From the NCBI GenBank assembly GCA_964019335.1, contig OZ025736.1:186001-250000 (forward strand): a DNA stretch of 64,000 bases, in the 5' to 3' direction. Source of the DNA: Diplonema japonicum (lineage: Eukaryota > Protista > Euglenozoa: Diplonemea). Below the pieces are notes generated by a model. It worked only from the letters and a program-made list of their open reading frames with translations. It was not told the origin of the DNA and made no database searches. The position numbers and the translations under genes are program-made. Every line of letters starts with the position of its first letter. The stretch's first letter is position 1. Positions 11,572 to 22,939 of the stretch are shown here, one piece after another.

Positions 11572-12941
11572 CCATCTATCAACGAGCGTCTATATATAGA
11601 CGATTTGAAAAAAAATCTTTTACGCAAAGGGCTTTCAATGCAATACGGCCCGGCCCTTTCTTGCCGGCGGGGTCCTGAAAATATGAAAAAATAAACTAAA
11701 TGCTGCCCTAACTTAACAAGAAAATGAAAAAATGAAAAAAAACGCCAGCCCAAATTTACCCTTAAAAATCACTTCAAAAAAAGGCGCCCGGAAAGAGGCT
11801 GGAAGAGGACGTTATGAGTGATGGCAGCACTGATGGCTCATCCCTATTATTAATATTGCAATATTATTATGCAATTTTGATACAAACAGTGATTCTGATA
11901 CGAATTCGACCGATTCCGAGTCACAGCAGGGTGATTGGACGGCAAAGCCGGAGCAGTTGGAAGGCATCCGGTTTCGTGAAGATCGAAATCCTTGTGGACC
12001 CTGTTTTGACATCAAAGGCTCAATGCCATACCATATATTCTCCAAATGCTCGTCCCAAACGTTATTCGGGTCATAACTTCGAACAATGTGGCAAATGCGG
12101 CTAAAAAAGGTGTCTCCCTGGATCTCGATGCTGCTTCTCTGCATACCTTCCTAGGTGTCCTTTTGTCGATGGACTTGGATATCAAGCCAGATTATTCTGA
12201 TTACTTAAAAGTGGCCCCTAAAAGTATTTTTGTACTTGTTAGGTAAATCTCTGGCGAATGCTTGGCTTGTTTGGAAAGAAGCCTTGCCCCCCAACGCCCT
12301 GAGTACGAACGACAGTGGATTTACGCCTTTCAAAGAGGCAGTCATCGAGGGCTACTAGGGAGGCAGTCTAAACAACAGATAAAGTCAACTACAGAGCAGG
12401 CTGCCCCAATACCATGCCCCGAAACACAGAACGAGTGCTCTGAGACCCCAATGCGCCGTGACAGTACCTTCTGGGACCATTTCCCCGAAAAAGTAGTGCA
12501 ACGTGCGGTGCAAGCATTGCAAGTCGAAAAGACCCCTATTTCAGTGTTCAGCCTGCTTGGTACAACTTTGCGTGACTCCGTGCTTCAAAGACTACCACCT
12601 TGCCGGGGATACCCCCAGAAACCCCTCCCGGGGTCAAAAAAGAAGTCCCCCAGCCCTGGGGCACATACGAACCGCGTCAAGAAAGCCTTAAATAGCTTTT
12701 TATAGAATTTTACAGTCGATTTTTTTTGACTTGTTTTTTGTATCCCCTCTCGGGCACTTCAGGAACGATATTTTTGACAATGTTGTGGGGGTGGACCCTG
12801 CTGTGGGCACCCTCTCTCTAGAATTGGGACATCTGGAGGCATTTCCGGGGGCATATAGCCCCGGCGTTGCGCTGGAATAGCTTTTTTTGAAGTTTTGAAA
12901 ATTTACCCCCTGGTGGGCAAAAATGGTCCGTTGGTAGATGG
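11572..12941 (+). mobile_element. Internally deleted piggyBac-family DNA transposon (element B)
   Basis: TIRs CCATCTATCAACG (11572) and CGTTGGTAGATGG (12929-12941, 1 mismatch), both TTAA-flanked. Plus-strand remnants are LHTFLGVLLSMDLDIKPDYSDY and RCKHCKSKRPLFQCSACLVQLCVTPCFKDYH; the catalytic core is missing. Confidence 0.92.
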
Positions 12942-14291
12942 TTAAAAAGAATATGGTAAAAGCTTGTCGTTTTTTTTTTTTTTTTTTTTTTCCACTTGTT
13001 ATGTTTTTCGCTCGAGTAAGAGAGGAGAACATGCAATGCCTGCGAGGAGTAAAATCCTTTTCTCGGCACAAAAGGAGGTACAAAAGCTTATTGATCATAT
13101 TGGTTTTTTTTGTTTTTCTTCTTTTTTTCCCCAGAATATAAAAGTAAGGAAAGGGGGGGGGAGAAAAATAAGGGAGCAACCGCTTTCCTCTTTTGGTTCA
13201 AAAAGAAACGTGTCTTTTCATACAAATGAGCTTTCAATGAAAGAAAAAAAGGATTTCGAAACACACAAACAGAGAAAACCATTCTTTTGTAAGAGTGGCA
13301 GCCATCATATTACTTAAGAAAACCTACCGCTTTTTCTTTTTTCCTTCCTTTTTTTAAAAAGCTCGGACAAAGAAAAGGGAAGACAAACAAGCGTAGAAAA
13401 ATGAAAAATTTAAAATTCCTTTTGCTCGACACACAACGGGGGGGAGGGGAGGGGGGAGAAAGAAAAGGAAGAATAAATATTTTTAAGCGTGTCGCATGTA
13501 AATTCTGACCAGTTACCTCAGGGCAGTCCTCTCTGGTAAACCAGTCGATCACCGTGCCTGATCCTGATTGGCTCTGGTCGGCTAAACCCTACACGACGAG
13601 TGCACATGGAAAACAGAATTAAAAAAAAAAAAGGGAAAAAAAAAATTTTCCCTCCTTTAGAAAAACTGGAAATCTCTTAATTTTGTTCGGGAAGAAGGGA
13701 GTCCTGGAAACAAAAGTGTCCCTCTTTTTTGTTTTAACAATATTATTGTCGAGACTAAAAACTAGTTGATGGCAGCGTAATGAGCTATTTTATTAGGTAA
13801 AATTCCGCTCGTGCGCACAAACAAATGGAGCGCCAAACTAGTTTTTCTTTTCTTTTTTTTTGCCTTTGCTTTGAGTATGCCGCGGTCTTTTCCTTCTCCT
13901 TTCTTCCTCTCATTACCAAATGGGGAATTCTAGGAAACGTGTCCCGAAAGAAATTGCGTTTTTTTTCTTCTTTTTGTTTTTTGAATCTGCTGTACTTTTC
14001 GGAAAAATTAAGAGATTTCCAGTATTTCATTCTTTCTTTCATTCTTTTTTTTGTTTTTTTTTTTTGTTTTTTTCTTTGTTTGAATTCCTAACATGTGCCG
14101 TCGCCCACTTTTTAAGCAGCTGAATCATCAGCCAGCGAACGAGACCATGCAGAAGGTGAAATCATACCTCCAGAAGGAACACCACAAAAAAAAAACTCAA
14201 AGTACAGGACAAGCCCCCCGCCAAAAAAAAAAAGCAAAAAAAAGAAGAAAAAAAAAAGAGAGAGAATAAAGAAATTCACTATTGATTACGA

Positions 14292-14816
14292 CTACTCTTT
14301 TGAGTCGGACGGAGGGTCCCAGGAATAGGGATCATGGCTGTACACAGGGGTTTTTGATGGTTCAATGTCGCGATCTGTGTCACTCCCTGCGGTGGAAGGC
14401 ATTTCACTCCCTGTGGTGGAAGGCATCTCTGCCGCCACCTGCTGCTCTATATCTCGTATCTTGTCCAAGGTGTTCTGCGACACCTTTCCATCGTACATCT
14501 GTGCTATGTCACTGCCGTGCCGCCTCACCCGTGCCTCTAGAGACAGTTTTTTGTCGTAAATGTGCAGTCTTTTGCATCCTTCCCCACTGCACCCTTCCCC
14601 TGACCGGAATTCTTCACACCTCAGACACCCCCAAACCATGTCCACCATTGCTCGCCACTGCTTCTGGCACACCCTGCACCTTAATGTCATTAGTCCCTTC
14701 GCGACCCTGACGTTGTCCCAGTCGTTGTGCCCGCAACACCTCTTCCCAAGCGCGTTTGTTACTTGCTTCGTCGTGAAGCTCTTCGCAGGCCTGGCCCCCC
14801 CAGCGGGCCCCGACAT
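14292..14816 (-). CDS. Small zinc-finger protein (CxH...CxxC knuckle + CCCH-like finger)
   Basis: CGHNDWDNVRVAKGLMTLRCRVCQKQW followed by CEEFRSGEGCSGEGCKRLH. The start is taken at MSGPAG, after a pyrimidine tract. Confidence 0.8.
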   Translation of the reverse strand: MSGPAGGARPAKSFTTKQVTNALGKRCCGHNDWDNVRVAKGLMTLRCRVCQKQWRAMVDMVWGCLRCEEFRSGEGCSGEGCKRLHIYDKKLSLEARVRRHGSDIAQMYDGKVSQNTLDKIRDIEQQVAAEMPSTTGSEMPSTAGSDTDRDIEPSKTPVYSHDPYSWDPPSDSKE

Positions 14817-15620
14817 GACGACCTTTGGTGGTTTTATGCAGGTGTGCTGAAAAAATAAAGAAGGAAAAATAAGAATTTTGGTCATCAGGCAAAGAGGCGC
14901 ACCCTCCAATGGGCTTTTTCTTTATTTTTTTTTTATTTTTTATTTTTTTTCTTTTTTACTAGCGTAGTAGGTCTAGTAGGTCGGAGAGTAGAAACAAAGA
15001 AGAAGAACAAAAAAAAAAAAAAAATGGGGCTTTGATTGCAACACTAGGTGGCGTTAAGCGTGCAATGAAGCACGAACTACCTACTTGATTACAGGGGGCG
15101 CTCCTCGGCCGAGCAGTAGCTTCTTCTGCGTTCCGCGTCGTGTCCTTAATGCGTGCGGTGTGCTCAACCCTAGCCGGGGCGTCCCGGGTAACCAAGATTC
15201 TGCGCTCGTGCAGTTTGCTGCCTGTTCGTCACCCTGAGCATCTGCGTTACGTTCTTCCACTCGGGCGTACCGGTGATGACCGACGAGGAGGTCAACAGCG
15301 AACAACACATCTGATGTACTTCTTATATTTCCATGTTATCCCCACCACCTTCAAAAAAAAACGAAGAAAGCGAAGCGGTACCCAACGGGTTCCATGTTAA
15401 CATCAAACTAAAAAAAGGGGGTTAAAAAACGTTAGTAATACACCTGACAGGCGGGGTGGTTTAATAATCTGAAAAAACTCACTTCTTTTTTTCGCTCGAG
15501 CAAGACGGGCAGAAGAAATTCAACAAAAACCTAATGGGAAAAAAAAATAAAAATAAAAAAGTATCTCTCTCCCTCCTTTTTTTTTTTTTCTTTTTGCCCA
15601 ATTGCACAAAGGGGGGCAAT

Positions 15621-15809
15621 TCACTTAATACCCAAAACCGGTTTGGGGAGCCTGTCCGCCAAATATCACTGAAAATAGTTTTTATTATATTTTGGAGGCA
15701 GCCGAACAGGCCCTACTATTCTTACTTCCCAAAAAGACAAATCCCGAGGGAGCTGTGTGCACAGTGAAGGCAGGCATTGAAGCCAGTTTTCAGTTTGGGT
15801 ACTAAGTGA
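15621..15809. mobile_element. Possible MITE (189 bp, imperfect 16-bp TIRs)
   Basis: TCACTTAATACCCAAA (15621-15636) matches the reverse complement of TTTGGGTACTAAGTGA (15794-15809) at 15/16 positions. No clear TSD. Confidence 0.35.
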
Positions 15810-16560
15810 TTACCACAAATAAAAAAAAGGGTTTACAAACTTCAGCATCATGAATGCAGCGAAAAAGTGAGCAAAAAAGTGTGCAAAAAAATAGTTCGTT
15901 ATGACTACATGTCTTTGTTGTTCGCACGAGCAAAAAAGGTTTTTAAAAAGCTGCGAAAGTTTTTTGCTCGGCACAAGTTGCATATAGTTATAAAATCATT
16001 TTTGAAAGATAAATAATGACTGTAAATATTTGTAACAAAAAAAAAAGAAGAAGAAAAAAAAGCAATCGCAGTTTTGTAAACCACTGTGCTTTTTTTTGCA
16101 CATAACAATATTCACCTTTTTCTTTTTTCGAATCAGCCCTTCGGGGGTCATTGACCATTTGTAAAAAAACTTTTTTTCTTGCCCCAATCCATCGTTACCG
16201 CAACCCAAAGAACTGAAAAAGAAAACACCCAAAACCCGGTAATTTAGGAACCACTTGGAAATGCCAGGCTTTCAGGAGCCTCGCTTCGTTCCGGTTGCGG
16301 ACAGTGTTACATATAAGGTGCGGCCTCTTAAGACTGGTCTTCAGCCTGTCCTGTGTCTTTGGTGGCGAAGATCGGTCCCCTTGCAAAGCCGATCTTTTGT
16401 GAGCCTGTGCACGCGGGCACTCCTAAAGCTGGTGTAAAAAAAAAAGAGAAAAAATCGATCGTTTAGCGTAAAAGTGAAACAAGTCAAACGGCGCTCAGTA
16501 CGACCAGTCGGCTCCATGGGGTGGGGTGTTTGTAGTCAAACGACACATTGGAGTGTTCTT

Positions 16561-16825
16561 ACCTGTGCGGCGCCACCTTGTCCCCGTTTCCTCGCGGTAG
16601 GGTGAAGGCATCGTTTTCTTTTGCCGAAGCATGTGTGTGATCCGCGTTACCCCTGTTTTAGGTCTGCCTGTGCCTAGGTGACAGTGGCTCTGCCGCTTGG
16701 TAGTAGAAAGCTGATGACAGCCGGCCAAGGTTTGCAAAGCACGTCCCTGACACAGACTCCCCTGAAATAACTCGCTTAAGGGGAGGTGTCGCACCTAAAC
16801 CCGGCCAAAGTTCTTGCCGCTCCTT
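16561..16825. repeat. Dispersed intergenic repeat, copy 1
   Basis: Shares collinear blocks with 22940-23168: ACCTGTGCGGC, TTCCTCGCGGTAGGGTG, GCCGAAGC, CCCCTGTTTT, ACAGCCGGCCAAGGTTTGC, CACAGACT, GGGAGGTGTCG, GCCAAAG. Confidence 0.85.
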
Positions 16826-17109
16826 ATTGGAATAAAAGAAAGAATTCGATAAAAGTTTCAGTGTGCAGGGGGTGCTCGCTGTTTCAAAAAAGAAATTCAC
16901 ACTACTGGTGGCTGTTGGAGAAAAGTGGTCCACAAAAAGAACAAAAAACAAAGAACAATAATAGAGCATCAAAGCGGGACCCCCACAACAAATAAAAAAA
17001 GGGATTCTAGAACAAAGCTACAAGAAATTAAGTAGGAACCACCTTGTTACAGGTGCTGATCAACTACCGGTTGCCTAAGTATGCTTGTTGAATTAGAGAA
17101 AGATGAGAC

Positions 17110-17112
<3 letters not shown>

Positions 17113-17202
<90 letters not shown>

Positions 17203-17205
17203 GGG
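17113..17205. repeat. (TG)n microsatellite followed by a G run
   Basis: Read directly. Confidence 0.95.
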
Positions 17206-17252
17206 ATCGTTCGAAGAAACCCCTGTTATCACACATTTTCTTTTGTTCTTTT

Positions 17253-19115
17253 TCAGCTGATGCTATTCTCAGCAGCAGCTTCCGTTCGATTAGAATTGAT
17301 GAGTTCGTTCCGCAAGTCCAACGTCCAGACGTGATCCTGAACACGGTCAGCACTGTTCGACAGGTAAGAGTAGAAACTAATTATGGTGTCAACAACTGTT
17401 CGCACAGTAGACGTGTACACGCAGATCTTAAACAACACAACGGCTACGCCCTCATGTTCTGTAGCAGACACGGGTGATGGTGCATAGTAGTAGTGCACCC
17501 CCTTGAACAACAATGCCCCACCCTGAATGGCCCACGATAGTACATCAAAAACCGTGTCCTGCATCCTGTTGTGCGGCCTCAGGTACGCAATGAATGCAAT
17601 ATGGTTGAGCAACAGAACAGAAGAAGCGACCTTCGGGTGCCCGCAAGCGGCGTACGAATCAGGCTGCAGCTTATGAAACGCTGCCAGTATCACCACCACA
17701 GCCATCTCCACGAAGTAAAACCACACGCATGAAGGCTTGTACATCGAAAACACGGTGCCGTATCTTTGCACCACCTTCGAGTCCTTTTCTGTCGACACCC
17801 ACTGCCCCGGGCCCAGCATCATCTGGAGCGCTCTTTTATCCACAGCATCATCCTTGAAATACACCATCCTGCGATCTCGAACAGCTATTAAGATCAACAG
17901 TCCTATCGATACTGCAGCTGAGGCAGCTACCACAACCCCCAGCATGCCTGTCGCAGTCAGTTGCATTGACACTGGGTGGAACAGCAGCTCGGTAAAGCCA
18001 AGTGTGGTGCCTTGGTAGAGGAATTGAAAGAGGAAAAATGCGCCCGATGGAAACCGCAGAACACCCCTTACGTCGGTACCCTTGAACCTTTTAAACCTCT
18101 CGAGAAGGACGACAAGTAACACATTTGCTGCCAACCACACGGCGCACAGGAAGAAGTTGCCGTAAACAATGCCGGCGGCTTGTGAGTCGAAGATGACCCA
18201 CGTCGTTGGGTGCAGTGCCCACGGAAGGTCGCCACCGTGCTCGACCCTTGTGTTCAGGTAGTTCAGTTCACACGGAAGCAAGAACAGCAGCGTTGACATC
18301 GTATTGTGAGGACGCGCTGAGAGCGCAGCACCTATCATCGTCGCGGTGGAAAATGCCCCCAAATCGCCGACTTCCTTATACCCGTAAATCGAATTGTTCG
18401 TGATGCCGTACAGCGATTCGTTCCTACCCGCCAACTCAAAGATGCCTTCAGGTGCTACGAGCGTGCCGACCTCCTCGTTTTGATCAACTGTGTATATGGC
18501 GGTTTCGTTGTAACTGAGCAGCACTGTGCGAGACGTTAGTTGGACCGCAGACCTCAAGCGCATCATCTTTGAATTCAAATAATATGTTTTGATGCATTCA
18601 GAAGGGTGGCTTGCGGTGCGTACCCTCGGGATCGGCACTGGGTACTTCCTGCAGGAAAAAGCTCTTTCGACAACAAGCCAATATACATCCCAGTCCTCCA
18701 AATTGACGGGCTGCAGCCATTGTGATGCATCGCCGAATATTCGGAGCTTGTGCTTATATATGGACAGGTGCCAGCACACAGCGGGAATTCTAGCCAATTG
18801 ACTTGATCTGCCCAAAACTATGTCTAAGAGGTGGACAGTGCAGCTGTGTTCCCCGGTGTTCTGCTGTGATGCCACATACAGTATCACAGTTTCATTCAAC
18901 CATAAACAATCCACGACATCTCTTTCTTCCTCAGAGAGATACGCCACATCGCCTTCACTGGTGTACACGCCGAGGCCACTTCCGAACACTGCTATGTATT
19001 CTACTTGACTCACACATATGCCTCTATGCGGTGTGATTGTCGATGGGGTAAGTATGGCTGGGCTCCATGCACATGAAGCATAGGGAAGCACGACAAGCAA
19101 CGCAGCGAGCCTCAT
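17253..19115 (-). CDS. Signal peptide + extracellular beta-rich domain + multipass membrane domain (same family as 1033-2544)
   Basis: Signal peptide MRLAALLVVLPYASCAW, then a C-terminal multi-TM region with VYGNFFL, RFPS, RYGTVFSMYK and RPH motifs parallel to the first gene. Confidence 0.8.
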   Translation of the reverse strand: MRLAALLVVLPYASCAWSPAILTPSTITPHRGICVSQVEYIAVFGSGLGVYTSEGDVAYLSEEERDVVDCLWLNETVILYVASQQNTGEHSCTVHLLDIVLGRSSQLARIPAVCWHLSIYKHKLRIFGDASQWLQPVNLEDWDVYWLVVERAFSCRKYPVPIPRVRTASHPSECIKTYYLNSKMMRLRSAVQLTSRTVLLSYNETAIYTVDQNEEVGTLVAPEGIFELAGRNESLYGITNNSIYGYKEVGDLGAFSTATMIGAALSARPHNTMSTLLFLLPCELNYLNTRVEHGGDLPWALHPTTWVIFDSQAAGIVYGNFFLCAVWLAANVLLVVLLERFKRFKGTDVRGVLRFPSGAFFLFQFLYQGTTLGFTELLFHPVSMQLTATGMLGVVVAASAAVSIGLLILIAVRDRRMVYFKDDAVDKRALQMMLGPGQWVSTEKDSKVVQRYGTVFSMYKPSCVWFYFVEMAVVVILAAFHKLQPDSYAACGHPKVASSVLLLNHIAFIAYLRPHNRMQDTVFDVLSWAIQGGALLFKGVHYYYAPSPVSATEHEGVAVVLFKICVYTSTVRTVVDTIISFYSYLSNSADRVQDHVWTLDLRNELINSNRTEAAAENSIS

Positions 19116-19314
19116 CCCGCACACACCATATCCGCTTCCTACGAAAGGTGGGACATTAAAAAAGAAATGAACGAAAAAGAAGAAGAAAATTATGAGGAAA
19201 ATAGACTGCATACTAAGAGGGGAAGAAGAGAGAGAAAGCTAGCCAAAAAAAAAGGTCGCAGTCACACACCTGCTGTTTTTTAAAGGCTGCATACCGGTGT
19301 TTCCTAAATAGTTT

Positions 19315-19785
19315 TTAGAGCAAGGACATGGAAGAATCTATGGTAGACCAGGGCTTTGTCTCTGGTGTTCCATTCGCCTTTTGAGATTGAATAACTAGGG
19401 GGCTTTTGAGGTTCATTTTATCGATCTGGGCCGCAAGCTCAGCAGGTATGCTGGACCCCCTGCGTGGCACTGACGTGGCACGAGTGGGTGGCGGCGGTAG
19501 TGGCGGTGACGGCTGAGGGCGGGAGGCCATCGGCGGCTTTGGTGCAGGTGGAGGTGTCAATTCTATTGGAGAGCATCGATCAGGAAGGTTGTCGTAGTCA
19601 GTCAGCACTTCATCGGAGGCAGTGCTCCCAGTGCGAAAAACAAAGCTCATCTTATCTATTGTTACGCCTCCTGTTGAAGTCCCCTTTTCAGAGGACGCGC
19701 ACACCGGCTGCATCGGCTTTCCTGTCTGAGAATTCTTGTTCGAAGGCCTAGTTGCATTTACATGGTGCCCAGAGCAGTTCCCCAT
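19315..19785 (-). CDS. Small Pro-rich protein with a predicted N-myristoyl/palmitoyl motif (MGNC)
   Basis: 156-aa ORF starting MGNCSG, with PPPAPKPP and PPLPPPP motifs. Confidence 0.65.
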   Translation of the reverse strand: MGNCSGHHVNATRPSNKNSQTGKPMQPVCASSEKGTSTGGVTIDKMSFVFRTGSTASDEVLTDYDNLPDRCSPIELTPPPAPKPPMASRPQPSPPLPPPPTRATSVPRRGSSIPAELAAQIDKMNLKSPLVIQSQKANGTPETKPWSTIDSSMSLL

Positions 19786-20407
19786 TTCTTTTTTTTTCTT
19801 TTTCTTTTTTTTTTGTGTAAACCTGTTCTTAATCGAAAACAGAGAAGAATCTTTTTTATTAAAAAAAAAAAAAAGGAATAAGAATGAAAACCTGAACCGA
19901 CAAAAGTATTTGAGTAAAACTTTCAAAAATAGGGGGCGCACAGACACGCACGCATGAGAGTGAAAAAAAAAAGGGCGAAAACCCACCCTTTTTTTTTTCT
20001 AATCTCTAATGCCTTACAATCGCTTTTTTTCTTCTTCTTTTTCTTTTCGTTCTCCGGTCGCTTCTAATAGTCTATTGTGGAAACTCCGTATTCCTGTAAC
20101 GATGCCGGGCAAAAAAAAAAATAGTTTGGCGGCTACTCATTTAGAAAACGTACTCAAATAAAAAAAAAGAAAAAAGAAAAAAGAAAGTCTCCCTGGCCAG
20201 TCCGGGGAAGAACTAGAAGTAAGAAAGGAGGGTCCCCCCCCTGAAAAAAAGAAAAGAAATATCACATCTCAACACACGATGCTGCACTTCGTGCACCTGC
20301 ACACGGAGCCCTCATACAGGGCGTACAGCGTTGTGCGGAACGAAACACGACGAGGACGAGCATTGTGAGCCGAAGAGAAAACACTATGTGAGCTGAGCGG
20401 TAAGATA

Positions 20408-21010
20408 TCAACACTTGCACCTGGAGGCACTTCGGTTAGAACTAAGAGTTATTGTCTCCGGGGCTTTTTCGCCTTGCGGCGGTGCTGTTTTAGCTTTCGC
20501 GCGGATCCTGATCTTCTTGGCTATGTTTTCAAAGAGCTGTTCGATGTCGTCGCCAGTCATTGCAGACACAGCTGTGTAGAAAGCATCTATTTGCTCAGCA
20601 CTGTCTCTCGCATCACTGTCCAAAACCTTCCTTTTATCCTTCATATCTGCCTTGTTACCCACTAAAGCCACCACCACATCCTTGGGTGCATGCTGTTCTA
20701 CTTTGCTGTGCCAGCTTTTAGCCTTGTCAAGCGACCCCGGTGATGTCAGATCAAACACCAGCACCACTGCCGCTGCTTCCCTGAAGTACAAATCCACCAA
20801 GGAATGGTACGCCTCCTGTCCCGCCGTGTCCCACAAGCAGAACGACACGTCCTCCTCGTCCACTGTGATGGTCTTGTAAGCACATGACGATCCTACCGTT
20901 GTCCTCGTCTTCTCATTGAACCTGTTGTTTATGAAACGCGACACGATGCTAGTCTTGCCGACGTTCATCTCACCTACCATTACGACCTTCTGGTGTTGCT
21001 TTATCGCCAT
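20408..21010 (-). CDS. Rab-family small GTPase (Rab5/21/22-like)
   Basis: GEMNVGKTS, WDTAGQE, GNKAD and SAM motifs; C-terminal CKC prenylation motif. Confidence 0.95.
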   Translation of the reverse strand: MAIKQHQKVVMVGEMNVGKTSIVSRFINNRFNEKTRTTVGSSCAYKTITVDEEDVSFCLWDTAGQEAYHSLVDLYFREAAAVVLVFDLTSPGSLDKAKSWHSKVEQHAPKDVVVALVGNKADMKDKRKVLDSDARDSAEQIDAFYTAVSAMTGDDIEQLFENIAKKIRIRAKAKTAPPQGEKAPETITLSSNRSASRCKC

Positions 21011-21107
21011 GCTGCCCAATTACCTGTAAATGCTCTCCTTCTGGTACAAAGCAAAGTACGAATACTATAAAAATTCTACGTTTGTAAAAAGTGTGCGTGG
21101 CCTATCC

Positions 21108-21923
21108 TCACGAGCTGTCCGTTGAGCTGTCCGTTGAGCTGTCTGTTGAGCTGTCTGACCCTAGATCCTCGATGTCCTTGTAGTGCGCGCACAGGGTGGT
21201 TGCCTTGCATTCATTGCATTTAGGGTTTCGTGCAAAGCACATTGTCTGCCCAAAGCCCACGAGTACCTTGTTGATGGACCCCCAGTATGCCTGAGGTAGC
21301 CAAGACTGAAGTGCAACCCGTGTTTTCTCCGGGTTGTTGGTGTTCACCCATTTGAACCTATTGCAGATGCGATGCACGTGCACATCAACACCTATGCCCT
21401 CCGTCTTCCCAAGCCCCACCTGCATGAAGAGGTACCCCATCTTGGGACCTACCCCGGGAAGCTTCAGGATGTCATCTATGGTAGTAGGAGTGTCGCCGTC
21501 GTACTTTTCAAGGAGTATGTCAGCAACCTGCTTTATGTACTTCGCTTTGTTGTTGTAGAACCCCACGCCGTAGATTATCTTTTTCAGTTCTTCTTCTGAC
21601 GTGCCAGAAATGGTGTTGAGGTTTAAACCGTGGTTCTTCAGTCGTTCCATTGCCGCGGCTGTCACCTTGTCGTTGGTCTGTGAACTCAACATTAATGCTA
21701 CTAGCTGCTGGAATCTGAACACCTTCGGTGGGGCCTTCTTGTCGGCAAGCATGTGGCACCCCATGGTGTCCACGGGCGCCTCCACGCCTACCCGCATCTT
21801 TTCAACTGTTTTGTATAACTTCAGCCAGTCCTTTGGTTCTTCCTTGCTTACCGGCAACTTTGCACACTGCCTCTTCGCAGCATTGGTTGCCGCCAGTTTG
21901 CCTGCCTCACGTTTCCTAGACAT
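21108..21923 (-). CDS. NTH1: Endonuclease III homologue (DNA glycosylase/AP lyase)
   Basis: APVDTMGC, LMLSSQT, HhH motif LPGVGPKMG, VDVHVHR and the 4Fe-4S motif CFARNPKCNECKATTLC. Confidence 0.95.
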   Translation of the reverse strand: MSRKREAGKLAATNAAKRQCAKLPVSKEEPKDWLKLYKTVEKMRVGVEAPVDTMGCHMLADKKAPPKVFRFQQLVALMLSSQTNDKVTAAAMERLKNHGLNLNTISGTSEEELKKIIYGVGFYNNKAKYIKQVADILLEKYDGDTPTTIDDILKLPGVGPKMGYLFMQVGLGKTEGIGVDVHVHRICNRFKWVNTNNPEKTRVALQSWLPQAYWGSINKVLVGFGQTMCFARNPKCNECKATTLCAHYKDIEDLGSDSSTDSSTDSSTDSS

Positions 21924-22939
21924 AATACACTGCAAAAGGGTACTGTTGCAGAGCATGGGGCATCATAGGGTCGAAGCCGCTAGTGAGAAGCAGGAAATAC
22001 TAAACGAAATGAAGCAAAAGGTGAGGGGGATTACTAAGAGTGAAAAAAAAGTGGACAAAAAAGAAGAAAACATAGCAGAAAGACAAAAATGGGAATAAAT
22101 TTCCATGGGCGCAGAAACAAATAAAAAAAGACGAAACATACATGCGTGTGGCGCAATTCAGGATTAGAGAAAGGGTAGATGGGGAGATGGCTGAAGACTG
22201 CACCAAGGAACAGGAATAATAAAAAATAAAAATAAAAGTGAAATTAGAAAAAGCTTAGGCATTTCCTTGATTAAAAGTAAAGCAATGGGAGATCCTTTTT
22301 CCCCTTTTTTTCCCCCCTCCCCCACACTTTTTTTTGGTTGCAATTTGCCTTTGTACAGCCGTGATGAAGACGAAACGAAAAAAAATAAGAAAACAGGGCT
22401 GACCCACAAATATCAGTCAACGACCTAAATAGAATACATACGAAGGGAAGGTGGATAAACTTAACAAAAAAAAAAAACACAAACAAAGAAGCACTTCAAG
22501 CTCTTCTTGACATTTCTCAATGTGGCAAAAGAGAGACTGAACGGAAAATGGGAAGCAAGGGGGGAAGCAGACGGGAACACGTGATACGAAAAAGAGCGTA
22601 AAACGAGCCTCAAATTAAATCCAGTTCTGTGTCAGCTGACAAACACCAGGAAGCAATTCGACATGGGAACGGATCTTTCTTCTTTCCTGCAGAAACAACG
22701 AGCCGAACTTCCTCATGAGGCTTGTCAGTGACACTGCGAATTACAATAATACTGCAAAAATGAAAATTGCCGGACTGTTTTTTCTCTTTTTTTTGGCGTC
22801 CGGACTATTTTTTCCTGCCACTGGAGGAGCTTTTTGAGCATCCGGGAATTTGTCAGTCCGACATTTTCCACTTTAGACAGTAATAAAGAGGAAGAAAAAA
22901 ACGAGGAAAATCTCAAGGTGCAACAAGTCATTAAGTATA

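Noticed and set aside
14959-15400. Short overlapping ORFs in a GC-richer island
   Set aside because: No recognisable domain or clear start; could be a small gene or remnant but is unsupported.
16570-16635. HDV-like ribozyme in the dispersed repeat (TCCTCGC loop + GGT, later GCCGAAG)
   Set aside because: The L3- and J4/2-like words are present, but P2 cannot be formed in either copy and P1/P3 are weak.
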